Positions 28,859-38,800 of a stretch of DNA of 64,000 nucleotides are shown here, in pieces. This DNA is from a bacterium (GTDB taxonomy: Bacteria; UBA10199; 2-02-FULL-50-16; JAJFLM01). The first letter of the stretch is position 1; each line of letters starts with the position of its first letter. Both the position numbers and the translations under genes were made by a program. The notes below the pieces were generated by a model. That model had not been told where the DNA came from and made no database searches. It saw nothing but the letters and a program-made list of their open reading frames with translations. The stretch is taken from NCBI GenBank assembly GCA_965216315.1, contig CBDCFN010000016.1, positions 1,664,001 to 1,728,000 of the forward strand, given 5' to 3'.

Positions 28859-29680
28859 ATGAATAACGAACGCCCTCCTTCACTCCGACCCTGGCAGGCC
28901 AAACTGCATACCGTCATCTTCGAGGCCGACACACAAAGTGGCAAGATCTTTGACGTCATCTTGATCGTCAGCATCGTCGGTAGCGTGTTGGCGGTGATGC
29001 TGGACAGTGTAGGGGCCATTCGCTTGCGTTATGGGGACATGTTCTATTGGTTGGAATGGGCCTTCACCATTCTTTTTACCATCGAATATCTGTTTCGCCT
29101 TATCTGTGTCGGTCGACCGACGCGTTATGCCCTGAGCTTCTTTGGGATCATCGACCTGCTGGCAATCCTACCGACCTATTTAAGTCTGATGGTGACTGGG
29201 ACCCACTTTCTCGTCGTGATACGGGTCCTAAGGGTCTTGCGAGTCTTTCGCGTCTTGAAACTCGTGCAATATGTGAGCGAAGCAAGAGTTCTCGCACTTG
29301 CATTACGCCAGAGCCGACGCAAGATCTTTATCTTTGTCTTTACGGTACTGACCCTGGTCGTCGTTCTTGGTTCCTTTATGTACGTCATCGAAGGGCAGGC
29401 CAGCGGCTTTACGAGCATACCTCGAGGAATCTATTGGGCCATTGTTACGATGACCACGGTTGGCTATGGCGACATCTCACCGACGACGGTGCTGGGCCAA
29501 ACCTTGGCTTCCGTTGTCATGCTTATCGGTTATAGCATTATTGCCGTCCCGACGGGTATCGTCACGGCCGCCATGACCCAAGCCTCCAAAGAAATCTCGA
29601 CCCAAGCCTGCCCTCAGTGCAGCGCCGAAGGCCATGATCCGGACGCGGAACATTGCAAATTCTGCGGAGCTGCGCTTTAA
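28859..29680 (+). CDS. voltage-gated potassium channel / ion transporter
   Basis: S4 RVLRVLRVFRVLK; filter TTVGYGD; C-terminal CPQC...CKFC zinc ribbon. Confidence 0.95.
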   Translation: MNNERPPSLRPWQAKLHTVIFEADTQSGKIFDVILIVSIVGSVLAVMLDSVGAIRLRYGDMFYWLEWAFTILFTIEYLFRLICVGRPTRYALSFFGIIDLLAILPTYLSLMVTGTHFLVVIRVLRVLRVFRVLKLVQYVSEARVLALALRQSRRKIFIFVFTVLTLVVVLGSFMYVIEGQASGFTSIPRGIYWAIVTMTTVGYGDISPTTVLGQTLASVVMLIGYSIIAVPTGIVTAAMTQASKEISTQACPQCSAEGHDPDAEHCKFCGAAL

Positions 29681-29705
29681 TTATACAAATTTAGGAGACA
29701 CTATC

Positions 29706-29954
29706 ATGATTCATATTCTATTCCTTGTCGGCTTGTTGATTGGTGGCTCATCGGTAAGCGGTGTAATCCATGCCGCGGATACGGACACGGTCAATCCCCA
29801 GATAACGGATGCCGTCACCCAAACCGATACTAAGACAGAGACCGAAAAAAAGGAGCCGACCATGGTGAACGGACAAGTTACGGACGCAGTTGAAAGCGAG
29901 AAGAAAGGCGATGAAAAGAGATCAGAGACCGCCGATGAAAAAGCCAAGAACTAA
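29706..29954 (+). CDS. small secreted protein with two RebB-like N-terminal motifs
   Basis: AGGAG RBS; hydrophobic N-terminus; TVNPQITDAVTQT and PTMVNGQVTDAV. Confidence 0.7.
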   Translation: MIHILFLVGLLIGGSSVSGVIHAADTDTVNPQITDAVTQTDTKTETEKKEPTMVNGQVTDAVESEKKGDEKRSETADEKAKN

Positions 29955-29957
29955 CTC

Positions 29958-30317
29958 TTATCTGCACCCTCGCCGACGGAACCAACACGCAACAGCGGCT
30001 CCCAAGAGAGTCAAAACTGAATACATCGCCGCCATCAGTATGCCCACGGCATACAGATCCACGCCGGCACTATTTTGAACAAAACGGAGAATCGAAATGG
30101 CAAGAAATTGCCCCAAGAAAACTCCGATTGCACTGAGAAATGGTTGTTGGCCTATCGCCCCACAAATCAAGCCGGCCCCAAACAACCAGCTGAGGTAATA
30201 GAGCATGTCCTCATCCCAGGGCTCTGGATGACCCGTAAGCATCGGCAGCATGACCCAGACAAGGCCCCCGAAGGCCACACTAACAACGAATATCATGATT
30301 CTCTTGGTGTCAGACAT
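29958..30317 (-). CDS. hypothetical membrane protein
   Basis: About 4 TM helices with 'TGHPEPWD' loop. Confidence 0.75.
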   Translation of the reverse strand: MSDTKRIMIFVVSVAFGGLVWVMLPMLTGHPEPWDEDMLYYLSWLFGAGLICGAIGQQPFLSAIGVFLGQFLAISILRFVQNSAGVDLYAVGILMAAMYSVLTLLGAAVACWFRRRGCR

Positions 30318-30359
30318 AGGGACTCTACAGGCACCGCATGATATACTAATAATGTTACT

Positions 30360-30674
30360 ATGTCCCGAATACTCTCATTGTTATCAATGACTCCCCTTCT
30401 GTTTCTGCCGGCGTCGGCAGCTGCGATTGATTTGAGTAACACTTCGAAGCATAATGTCCGCGTCAAGATCACCGGTGAATTCGATCGGACCTGTTACACG
30501 AGCACTCTCGCCCCAGGTCAGACCACTTTCTTTGCCGCCACTCAGCCCGCCTGTCAGAAGGATCTCAAGATTGACTATCAGTATGAAGACGGCGATAAGC
30601 CGCGTCCTTGCACTAAAGCTGCCAAGTCAGGCGATCGTGTGAGTTTTGATGGGAGTGCGTGCGAGGGATGTTGA
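30360..30674 (+). CDS. small secreted Cys-containing protein
   Basis: Signal peptide ending ASAAA; 5 Cys. Confidence 0.65.
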   Translation: MSRILSLLSMTPLLFLPASAAAIDLSNTSKHNVRVKITGEFDRTCYTSTLAPGQTTFFAATQPACQKDLKIDYQYEDGDKPRPCTKAAKSGDRVSFDGSACEGC

Positions 30675-30689
30675 ATTGCTGAGACGCCT

Positions 30690-30998
30690 TTATGGATCCG
30701 TAAGCGCTTCGAGATACGGGAGCAAGCCGGCTAGTGTCGCAAGACTCGGGTCGATCTGATGCCGGCTGTTTCTATCCAACAGCACGGCCGACATGCCCGC
30801 CGCACGCGCGCCATGAAAATCGGAAAAACGACTATCCCCGACCATGAGTATCTCGTCTAATGAGAGACCCAGACGCGTGGCTGCCTCGATAAAAATCTCC
30901 GTCTTCGGCTTGGTAAAACCAGCTTCCCAGGAAAACACTGTAGCATCGAAATACGCATCAAGCCCTAAACGCGTAACGGGCTCCGTATACGGCTCCGA
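30690..30998 (-). pseudogene. 5'-truncated HAD-family hydrolase
   Basis: Reads SEPYTEPVTRLGLDAYFDATVFSWEAGFTKP...MVGDSRFSDFHGA (motifs III/IV); in-frame TGA just upstream and no DxD motif I. Confidence 0.75.
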
Positions 30999-31063
30999 GT
31001 GAAGAGATTGAAATCATTCGGTTTCTAATGATAAACTCGATGTTTTAACTCATGGAGGTATCG

Positions 31064-31600
31064 ATGAATTTATTCAAATCACTTTCTCTGGGCGCGTTCT
31101 TGCTCACCGTGCTCGTTCTCGCAACCCGGCCGGTGCACGCCGGCGAATGCCCATCTGCAACAACAGTCACGAAACTTCCGACGATCGAGAAACACGGGCC
31201 GTTTGACCCTAAATCCGTAACGAACGCTTCCGCGACTTACACTGATAAGGGTTTGGTCGTCTTCTTAAGTAACGCAACGGTTGACGCTAAGAAGTCGGCA
31301 AGCCGGCTGCCCCTGCCCCCGGTCACCGGAAAAGGCAACATCGCCGTCGCCCTCACTTTCCAAAACAAAGAAAAAATCATTGCGGGCACGTACGCCCCCA
31401 ACCGCTTTGGCAAGCCGATGAATTTGCGAAACTCCCTGTTCTTTGGATTTGCCGCAGGCGGCATGATGGGCTCGTTCAGCGCTAACGCGGGACAGGCCCA
31501 AATCACCGAACTCAGCGACGGCAAGGTTTGCGGGACCGTTGATATTCAAGGCACCGACGGCGCGGTGACTGGGAAGTTTACGGCAGGCATTGTTAAATAG
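31064..31600 (+). CDS. hypothetical secreted protein
   Basis: GGAGG RBS; signal peptide ending PVHA; beta-rich. Confidence 0.75.
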   Translation: MNLFKSLSLGAFLLTVLVLATRPVHAGECPSATTVTKLPTIEKHGPFDPKSVTNASATYTDKGLVVFLSNATVDAKKSASRLPLPPVTGKGNIAVALTFQNKEKIIAGTYAPNRFGKPMNLRNSLFFGFAAGGMMGSFSANAGQAQITELSDGKVCGTVDIQGTDGAVTGKFTAGIVK

Positions 31601-31678
31601 TTCTTATTTGCGCCTAGAATAGCTTAGGTGTAATATACGCATTTGGATGATGTGTCAGTGAAGGAGAAAGAGGAAAAA

Positions 31679-31963
31679 ATGAAGAAAATCATTACCATGG
31701 TATTAGTATTGGGTTTTATTGTGAGTAGCGCAGTGACCTATGGTCAAGTTTGTCGGAATATCTTACACGTGATCGGACCCATTTGGCCCGACATTGAAGG
31801 GTGCGAAGCTTTTGCTACCATGCTCGATCCTGTCTGCGAGAAAGGTTGCACGGATCCAAACCCAAGCAGACAGACTGTCGAATGCGAGGCCCAGTCTGAT
31901 GGCACCTATCGAGCTGTCATGACAATTAATGCGGGACCACCAAGCAAGCCCGATCCGCTCTAA
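31679..31963 (+). CDS. small secreted Cys-containing protein
   Basis: MKKIITMVLVLGF signal peptide; GAGG RBS. Confidence 0.65.
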   Translation: MKKIITMVLVLGFIVSSAVTYGQVCRNILHVIGPIWPDIEGCEAFATMLDPVCEKGCTDPNPSRQTVECEAQSDGTYRAVMTINAGPPSKPDPL

Positions 31964-32032
31964 AGGCCTACGGTCACAACAACGCTGTCGCGAAAAATTG
32001 AAGAAAATTTGAGATAGCGCTAAGATAACCGT

Positions 32033-32377
32033 ATGATGAACATCAAAAACTTTGTCATTCTGGTGGCTTTAATGGCCGGCTTGTTGATGGCATCGGTTTC
32101 ACTCGCACAGACGCGCCGCATTTACGTGAATAATATTCGCATGAGCGATCGGCAAGTTTCCCAGTTGGAGTATTTTGCCTGCACGCACATCCCCAACGGT
32201 GCGTATTGGTTGAATGTTCGCAATGGGGCGTGGGGCTATTGGGGCAATCCGCAAGTGCAAGGCTACTTTGGTGATCAGTGCCGGCGACCGGCCAACGCGC
32301 GGGCCTATCAACGCCGCAAGAGCCTCAGTGAACGTGGTATGCTCTACTCCCCCGGCGAGATACTGAGTGGGAGGTAA
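32033..32377 (+). CDS. small secreted protein, copy 1
   Basis: Signal peptide; mature part nearly identical to 34123..34488 (IPNGAYWLN..NGAWGYWGNP). Confidence 0.8.
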   Translation: MMNIKNFVILVALMAGLLMASVSLAQTRRIYVNNIRMSDRQVSQLEYFACTHIPNGAYWLNVRNGAWGYWGNPQVQGYFGDQCRRPANARAYQRRKSLSERGMLYSPGEILSGR

Positions 32378-32418
32378 TTGAGTGATTTCTCGATTTAGCG
32401 AAAGAGGCGCTTCGGAAC

Positions 32419-32910
32419 TTAAATGCGCTTTGCCTTAAACGACAATTCCACCTCCCATTTTTGCCCAAAAAACTCCTTTTCTCCAGCCGTACTCAATTTC
32501 CCTTGTACAAAACTGCCATCTTTTTTGAACTCCGTGAGGGTCATCTTGCCTATGCTCGAAAAGGGCTTTTTGTCATGACTCGTATGGTAGACTTGCGTGC
32601 CAATTAGCTTGCCGTCTTCAGTAATAGTGAGCTCTAGGCCACTGCCTAGTTCACCGGCGGACAGCCTCAGGCTAGCATTCGCTCCAGTGCCTGGATCTTT
32701 CTCGCTTAAGAAAATATGAACGGTTTTTTTACCCTCATAAGGGTCGCCCTTCAGAGTGATGGCATGTGTTAATTTTGCCGCCTGGCCATTACCCTTGAAA
32801 TGGCCTGCAATGACACTTGTTCCGGCTTGGACGGAGAGGGGGAATAAAAGCAGTAGATAGATACCAACAGGGAGAATTTTATCAGACCAAGATTTCATCT
32901 TAGACTCCAT
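32419..32910 (-). CDS. hypothetical secreted protein
   Basis: Signal peptide ending SVQA; beta-rich. Confidence 0.7.
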   Translation of the reverse strand: MESKMKSWSDKILPVGIYLLLLFPLSVQAGTSVIAGHFKGNGQAAKLTHAITLKGDPYEGKKTVHIFLSEKDPGTGANASLRLSAGELGSGLELTITEDGKLIGTQVYHTSHDKKPFSSIGKMTLTEFKKDGSFVQGKLSTAGEKEFFGQKWEVELSFKAKRI

Positions 32911-33028
32911 AACTTGCGTTTATCAGAAGTAGTGAGAGTAGCTGAGCCGGCTGGCTATATCAAGCCCATACTAAGCCTGACAGTGCCTCCCTGTGTACTG
33001 TGTGTACACTGAAATACCGCTGCCACGA

Positions 33029-33055
33029 CAACCCAGTAACACCTTCGACCGAAAA
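33029..33055 (+). promoter_or_regulatory. sigma28-like promoter motif (CAACCC-N13-ACCGAAAA)
   Basis: Upstream of GGAGGT RBS and ATG 33080. Confidence 0.45.
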
Positions 33056-33079
33056 CAATAGAACAACCGGAGGTGTGTA

Positions 33080-33985
33080 ATGGTAGATAATTTACTTTCT
33101 ATAATAACTAATAAAATAAATACTGAAATCCAAACCGAGCCGTTATTTCAGTGGTTCATAGAAGCCAGCAATAAGGCCGAGGCTCCCGAAAGCGATGAGG
33201 CTTCCACAACGACATATGGCCCGACAGAAAAATTTACTGAATTTGAGCAAGGGCAATTCAAAGCTGCCCTGCCGGCCGCCGCAAGGATCATGGGACCACC
33301 TACAGCTGAGACGAGTCTAGCCCCTGACTCTCAATCCAAATCAAGCGAGAACTACGTGCCCATTAACTATCCTACGGGTAACTATTATGCTCCCTGGCAA
33401 CCCGGCGAAACGCCTCCTGATACTGCAGAACGCTCAGCATCCGTCATTACTCAGGCCGAAGGTGCTGGCGAGGGTAGCAATCTCACTCAAGCAGAGATTG
33501 AAGATCAGGCCAAAGCACTCGAAGACCAGGATGTGGAAACCACTGCTACCGAAGAGTCCGATCCGGAAGCTCTGACGCCTGAGGAGCAAGCTTTTTTGGA
33601 CAAACTTCCGGAATTCTTTGCAGCCTACGGAAGCCAGGCCGATCAATTTGATGTCGAAAAAATCAGAGCTACCGCTGCGGAAACAAGTCTAGAGGGATCC
33701 GAAGGACTTGACTTATTAATTGATTTTAAGCGGGGCGATCTCGGCGGTTGGGAGTATATGCAAGCTAGCTATATACTATTTCGATCCTTTGAGAGAGGCG
33801 ACATCTCGGCAAGCCAGTACACCGCGTGGGCCGATCAATCCAGTGGGCTCGATCGCGCAGCCATGATTGGCTTAGCTAAAGTTGCCGAGCAAGAACAGGG
33901 CCTAAGTGATGAAAATTTTGATAGCTACGCTTTCTTCTTAGATGCAATCCATAATGAGGGAGATGGCACGTTTATCTCTTATTAG
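33080..33985 (+). CDS. acidic hypothetical protein
   Basis: 301 aa, E/D/T/A-rich, no signal peptide; GGAGGT RBS. Confidence 0.75.
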   Translation: MVDNLLSIITNKINTEIQTEPLFQWFIEASNKAEAPESDEASTTTYGPTEKFTEFEQGQFKAALPAAARIMGPPTAETSLAPDSQSKSSENYVPINYPTGNYYAPWQPGETPPDTAERSASVITQAEGAGEGSNLTQAEIEDQAKALEDQDVETTATEESDPEALTPEEQAFLDKLPEFFAAYGSQADQFDVEKIRATAAETSLEGSEGLDLLIDFKRGDLGGWEYMQASYILFRSFERGDISASQYTAWADQSSGLDRAAMIGLAKVAEQEQGLSDENFDSYAFFLDAIHNEGDGTFISY

Positions 33986-33998
33986 TTGTCAACAGACA

Positions 33999-34030
33999 AA
34001 ATCCCGGATCAATTGCATGATCCGGGATTT
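33999..34030 (+). terminator. terminator-like hairpin
   Basis: AAATCCCGGATCA-ATTGCA-TGATCCGGGATTT perfect inverted repeat after stop. Confidence 0.7.
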
Positions 34031-34122
34031 CCTCTCCCCCAAAGACTGCCTCCAACAAGGCTTCACCGGCGTCGTCACAAAAAATTGAATAAAGTTCAAG
34101 ATAGCGATAAGATAACGCTATA

Positions 34123-34488
34123 ATGAGAACCAATAATTGTGTCAAAAAAACCCCTCAGAATTTTATCACGGTGGTGACGCTACTGTTTGCTTTGCTGATC
34201 GCGACGGTCTCATTGGCGCAGACGCGACGAGTCTTTGTAAATAACATCCGCATGAGCGATCGACAGGTGTCGCAGCTGGAGTATTTTGCCTGTACCCACA
34301 TCCCCAACGGTGCGTATTGGTTGAATGTCGGCAATGGGGCGTGGGGCTATTGGGGCAATCCGCGAGTGCAAGGCTACTTCGGCGATCAGTGCCGGCGGCC
34401 AAGCAACGCGCGGGCCTATCAACGCCGTAAGAGCCTGAGTGAGCGAGGCATGCTCTACTCCCCCGGCGAGATACTCAGTGGGCGCTAA
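34123..34488 (+). CDS. small secreted protein, copy 2
   Basis: Duplicate of 32033..32377 with a diverged signal peptide. Confidence 0.8.
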   Translation: MRTNNCVKKTPQNFITVVTLLFALLIATVSLAQTRRVFVNNIRMSDRQVSQLEYFACTHIPNGAYWLNVGNGAWGYWGNPRVQGYFGDQCRRPSNARAYQRRKSLSERGMLYSPGEILSGR

Positions 34489-34552
34489 GAGGTTTCCCTC
34501 TTTAACAACACTGTCGCGACTGCAGCGAATTGAATGAGACTAAAGGGCAGTT

Positions 34553-35611
34553 CTAAGGCGTGCATGGTTCCGGTAGCGTTAGCGGCAATACGTTGAGAAT
34601 ATCTTGCTCGTGAATGAAAACTGACTCCAAAGAGAGCTCGTAGCCTTCGCGGATGAAGTCGTCGCAGAAGCGATGACCTCCACCGTAAACAAGCAAGGCT
34701 TCCTCGCCGGGATGATCACGGAAGAATTGAATCATATAGGGAGTGGACCAACTTTCCCGCATGGGATAGATCATATCATCACTCATATCCTGGCAAGTGG
34801 AACTATCGCCCTCCTCGCTCCGGCAGTCCATCACCTGCGATAAAAATTCAAAGATTTGACGCTCCTGCTCCGTGCTCGACGTCCGATGAAACACGACGCC
34901 TTCCGGATGCTGAAGAGCATAGACCCAAGCCGCACCGAAACTCGCCACGAGCTCGTAGTGCGCACTCGAAAACTCTCCCAACGGGAGACCATCTAAGATT
35001 TGCTGATATTCCGTGCGAAAATCATCCAGATCCTCGTAACGGAATTCGATATTCCGTCGGATCTCTTCGCCGTGGAGGTCATATGTCAATCCTTCGATAA
35101 AAAAGTGACGCGGCTGAAAAATCTCCATGAGTATCAGGCTGCTGACCTGATACTGGACGAGCGCCAGCCATTGTTCATCGTCAACGATCCCATGATTGGG
35201 CATATGCAGGTTGCGAAGAAAAATGAGCCGACCTAAACGCGGATCGCCATCGAGCTCATTCACAATGTGAAATGTCTCACTCAGTCGTGGGCGACGGGAG
35301 ATCTCTTCCAAGGCCAAATGCATGCGTCCCTGAGCGGGCTCGACTGTGGGGGCCGATTCAGGTTCCGGATTGGACCCCGAACAATTGCATCCCGCCGTCG
35401 TCACGCAACTACCTATAGCCAAGGCAAGCGGCAAAAAAAGCCGATTTGCCCAAAGAGTGAAACGACTCTGGGAAGGCGAAGTCGCCGTCGCGGTAGGCGC
35501 AACACAGGCATTGTCAGCGCCCAAATTGACAACCGAGTGGTTTTGCAAAGGAACCGCCGCTGTCAAGAGCGGGGCCATCGAGAGCCCATTCAGGGCACAA
35601 GAAAACGTCAT
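34553..35611 (-). CDS. hypothetical protein with internal hydrophobic/lipobox-like segment
   Basis: GAGGAGGAG RBS before ATG 35611; LFLPLALAIGSCVTTAGC about 60 aa in; LVYGGGH near C-terminus. Confidence 0.7.
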   Translation of the reverse strand: MTFSCALNGLSMAPLLTAAVPLQNHSVVNLGADNACVAPTATATSPSQSRFTLWANRLFLPLALAIGSCVTTAGCNCSGSNPEPESAPTVEPAQGRMHLALEEISRRPRLSETFHIVNELDGDPRLGRLIFLRNLHMPNHGIVDDEQWLALVQYQVSSLILMEIFQPRHFFIEGLTYDLHGEEIRRNIEFRYEDLDDFRTEYQQILDGLPLGEFSSAHYELVASFGAAWVYALQHPEGVVFHRTSSTEQERQIFEFLSQVMDCRSEEGDSSTCQDMSDDMIYPMRESWSTPYMIQFFRDHPGEEALLVYGGGHRFCDDFIREGYELSLESVFIHEQDILNVLPLTLPEPCTP

Positions 35612-35668
35612 GGAACTCCTCCTCTTGTCCCCATGACAAGTGAAAGAGCTATTTCGATCTGGCCACAT

Positions 35669-35694
35669 CTATCGGCGGACAGACGATTAAGTTG
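35669..35694 (-). promoter_or_regulatory. sigma28-like promoter motif (CAACTT-N12-GCCGATAG)
   Basis: Near-canonical GCCGATAA -10 element upstream of 35611. Confidence 0.6.
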
Positions 35695-35846
35695 CGAAAG
35701 AAATGACGCAAAGATGTGAGGCGGAGACAACGAATGCCCTGTAATTATTGAGAAATTTTTCACCTCTGTCTTGTGTCTTATTAAGTAAGTAAGCATTATC
35801 AACTTGCAAAGGGCATCTAAGAAGACCATGAAATTCGTGTCCTCAT

Positions 35847-38800
35847 CTACGGGACAAGGAAAAAACCTAGACCCTTACCCTGATACGTACCCACCTGATC
35901 ACAGGTGTTGACGGCTAAGACGTTGACAATATACCCGGTATAATACTTAAGCGGTATCGGAGCCGATTGAGTACCTTGTACCGTTGCGCTGTAAATAATC
36001 TTTGGTAGACCAAAAATGCTGATCTCAATGCGATAGGCTTTCGCCCCTGAGATTGGCTGCCATTGAAAGGCGTAGCTGGGCACAGGAGTCTTGGTCACGC
36101 ATGTCGGACAATATTGTGCCGAGGATTGAGGCGACAAATTCGTGACGACAGTTTCCTTCAAATCAGAGCATGCTTGCAGCCCTTGTCCACCCTTCTCCTC
36201 AGCTTGCTTATCAACTTGCTTTGCCTCAGAACCGGTATGAAAAATACCTAATGTCCCACCTGAGCTGGCCTGGATGTTATTAGGACCGGCTACCGCATGA
36301 ACTTCCCATAGGTATGTCTGATCGGGTTTTAATTTAGACGTAAGGATATATTTCTTATCCTTAAGCGATGTACCAAACGCTGGCTTGTTAAGACTTCCCT
36401 CATACAGTTGGAATACATATTTATCAGGTGGATATTCGTTATCGTTTGGCGATTCCCAATAGAAAACCCCCAGATTGGCATGAAAAGACGTTCCAACATT
36501 ATTAACCGGACTTTTTAAGATAACCGAACTCGGGGCAATCTCATAACAGCCCGTTGCAACCTCACCTGGATAGGGTTTTGTCGCTCTGACTTTCCAACAG
36601 TACCCTGCTTTATCGCCGGAAACAACCGCACTTGGCACGTGCCAAATAACGCGTTGACCCTTGCCTTGAACAACATCCTGTTCATAAACGGCTTGATTGG
36701 GAGCATTTTTTTTATAAATGGACAAATTATAGTTAACGGCACCGGGAACTGTCTGCCACTGAAAAGTGACTGGCGTTGCCTTGTAACCGATCGCCCAGGG
36801 ATAGGGCGGATTTAACGGTGACTTCAGTACGGGCGCGGTCAACTTATAATCGACCTTGAAAGAACGCGTGGCGGAAATTAGGCCAAGTTCATGATAAGGG
36901 CCCGGCCCAATAGGCTGTACTGCCCAATAATAAGGCTGCTGTGAATCGGGAACGCTGACGGCATGACTGTTCTCTTGCACTTCACCAGACAAGAAAGCTT
37001 TGTCCATATTCGGCTCTGTTGATACATAATATTTATACGCTTCTGCTCCCTCAACTGGCAACCACTCCAATGAGATAGCCCATGGCGGCACAGTTGCGGC
37101 GTCTTTAGGTGCTAATAGTGAGGTTTGAGGCTCCGCGGTATTAAATGACGTGACGTCAGACCATTCACCCGCTGCTTCGTCAGGGCCTATCAAACCGACG
37201 CGCCAATAATATTGCGCACCCTTCTTCAACTTAAATTTTTCGCGTGTGGCACTTGTGAATCGAGAAGTCGTGCCTTTCATCGGAAAAGTTGAGTCGTCGG
37301 CAAGTTGCACGATATACTTCAGCACGCCGCTTTCATGAGCCCAGCTGAGTTCCGCGTTCCACGGATGCTGGGTAACACCGCTACCTGGTGATAGGTTCTT
37401 TGACTTTTTAGAGGCCGTTTTAAAGTAAAAGGTCGGGAACCACTCGCTCCATTCCTCAGGTTTAACCCTCACAGACGACTTGGCACTCTCAGCAGTGATG
37501 GTAATCGGAACCACAACGGCCTCATGACCCACCTTAGGTCTTATAGACTGTGTGTTATCGGCACTGATTCCCTTGTCGATGGGAACATTCGCTTGAGGAC
37601 TTGGCATTGAAGCAGACTCACTCAACGACTTAGCTCGTACCCGCCAGTAGTACGTCGTATTGGAATTGAGATTAAAATCCACATGTGTCGTCGTCATGCC
37701 TCCAAGCTTATTCTCATCTACAAATGAGACCTGCTGTGTCTTTACTCCCTTTTCAAACGATGCGCTGGGGGAAACCTGAATTTCCCACATATATTCATTA
37801 GGCTTGGCTTCCCAAGCCAAGCGCGTAGGCCAAGGATCCATGTCCTTCATACCGGTCCGTGGGCTGTGATAGCGAGGAGTTTCCTTATAAGCATCTCCAA
37901 TGCCAACGGCATGCCAAGAATTTATTATCGCCTGATATTCCGGCGAGTCTTTCCCGAAAAAGAACTCTGCAATGGATATTGTTCCGAGGCGCATATCGGC
38001 AAACTGGGCATGTGGGAACAATTTCGTAATAAGAGTAAAGTACATTATCATCGCTGCCTTCTCTAGACCGATCCCCTTTACTTTATAAGACCACTTCAGA
38101 TCATTGACACCCTGCCCTCCATTAACGAGTAAATAAAACCAGTAACTGACAACCGTACTGTTGTCATGCACACCGCAGTAGTCATTTGCTTCCACACAGG
38201 GCTGCTGAACAGGAACATAGTATTTGCCTTGATAGGTGTCAGGCAACTTTGGGAGCTTGGCATCCTCTGGATGCCCTTGGGGATTTGCTATATCTCGCAT
38301 CCAGTGCTTATCCAACGTTACCTTCTCTCCTATTGTCCAGTTGGCCTTTGTCGGATCAACAGCGAAATCAACTAGCACTGCGAAGATATCGGCAAGCGCT
38401 TCATGGATGGCACCTGCTTCCCCCATTACTGGAATGCCATTCACTGCATGAGCAATGACACCGTGAGCAAACTCATGGGCCACAATATCCAACGAAACAG
38501 AAGGAGACGATTCATTCTCTATACCATCTCCTTTAAAAATCATTTTGTAGTTGCCTGGCACGCTCTTATCATAGATATACGCCGCTTCATACCGTTCTGA
38601 ATTGTTGTGGACCTCAACATTTATCGGCAGTTTTCCAACAGCGTCCCAACCCAGCCGCCCAAAATTCTTCTTGAAGTAAGCGGTCGCCTGTTGAAGCGCC
38701 CAATGCACACAAACCCCTACCTCATCTTCCGGGTCCTGGAAATTATTATCTACGTCCGTAAAAAAAACGTCCTTAGATAAAGTATTAAGATTGCCTTGAA

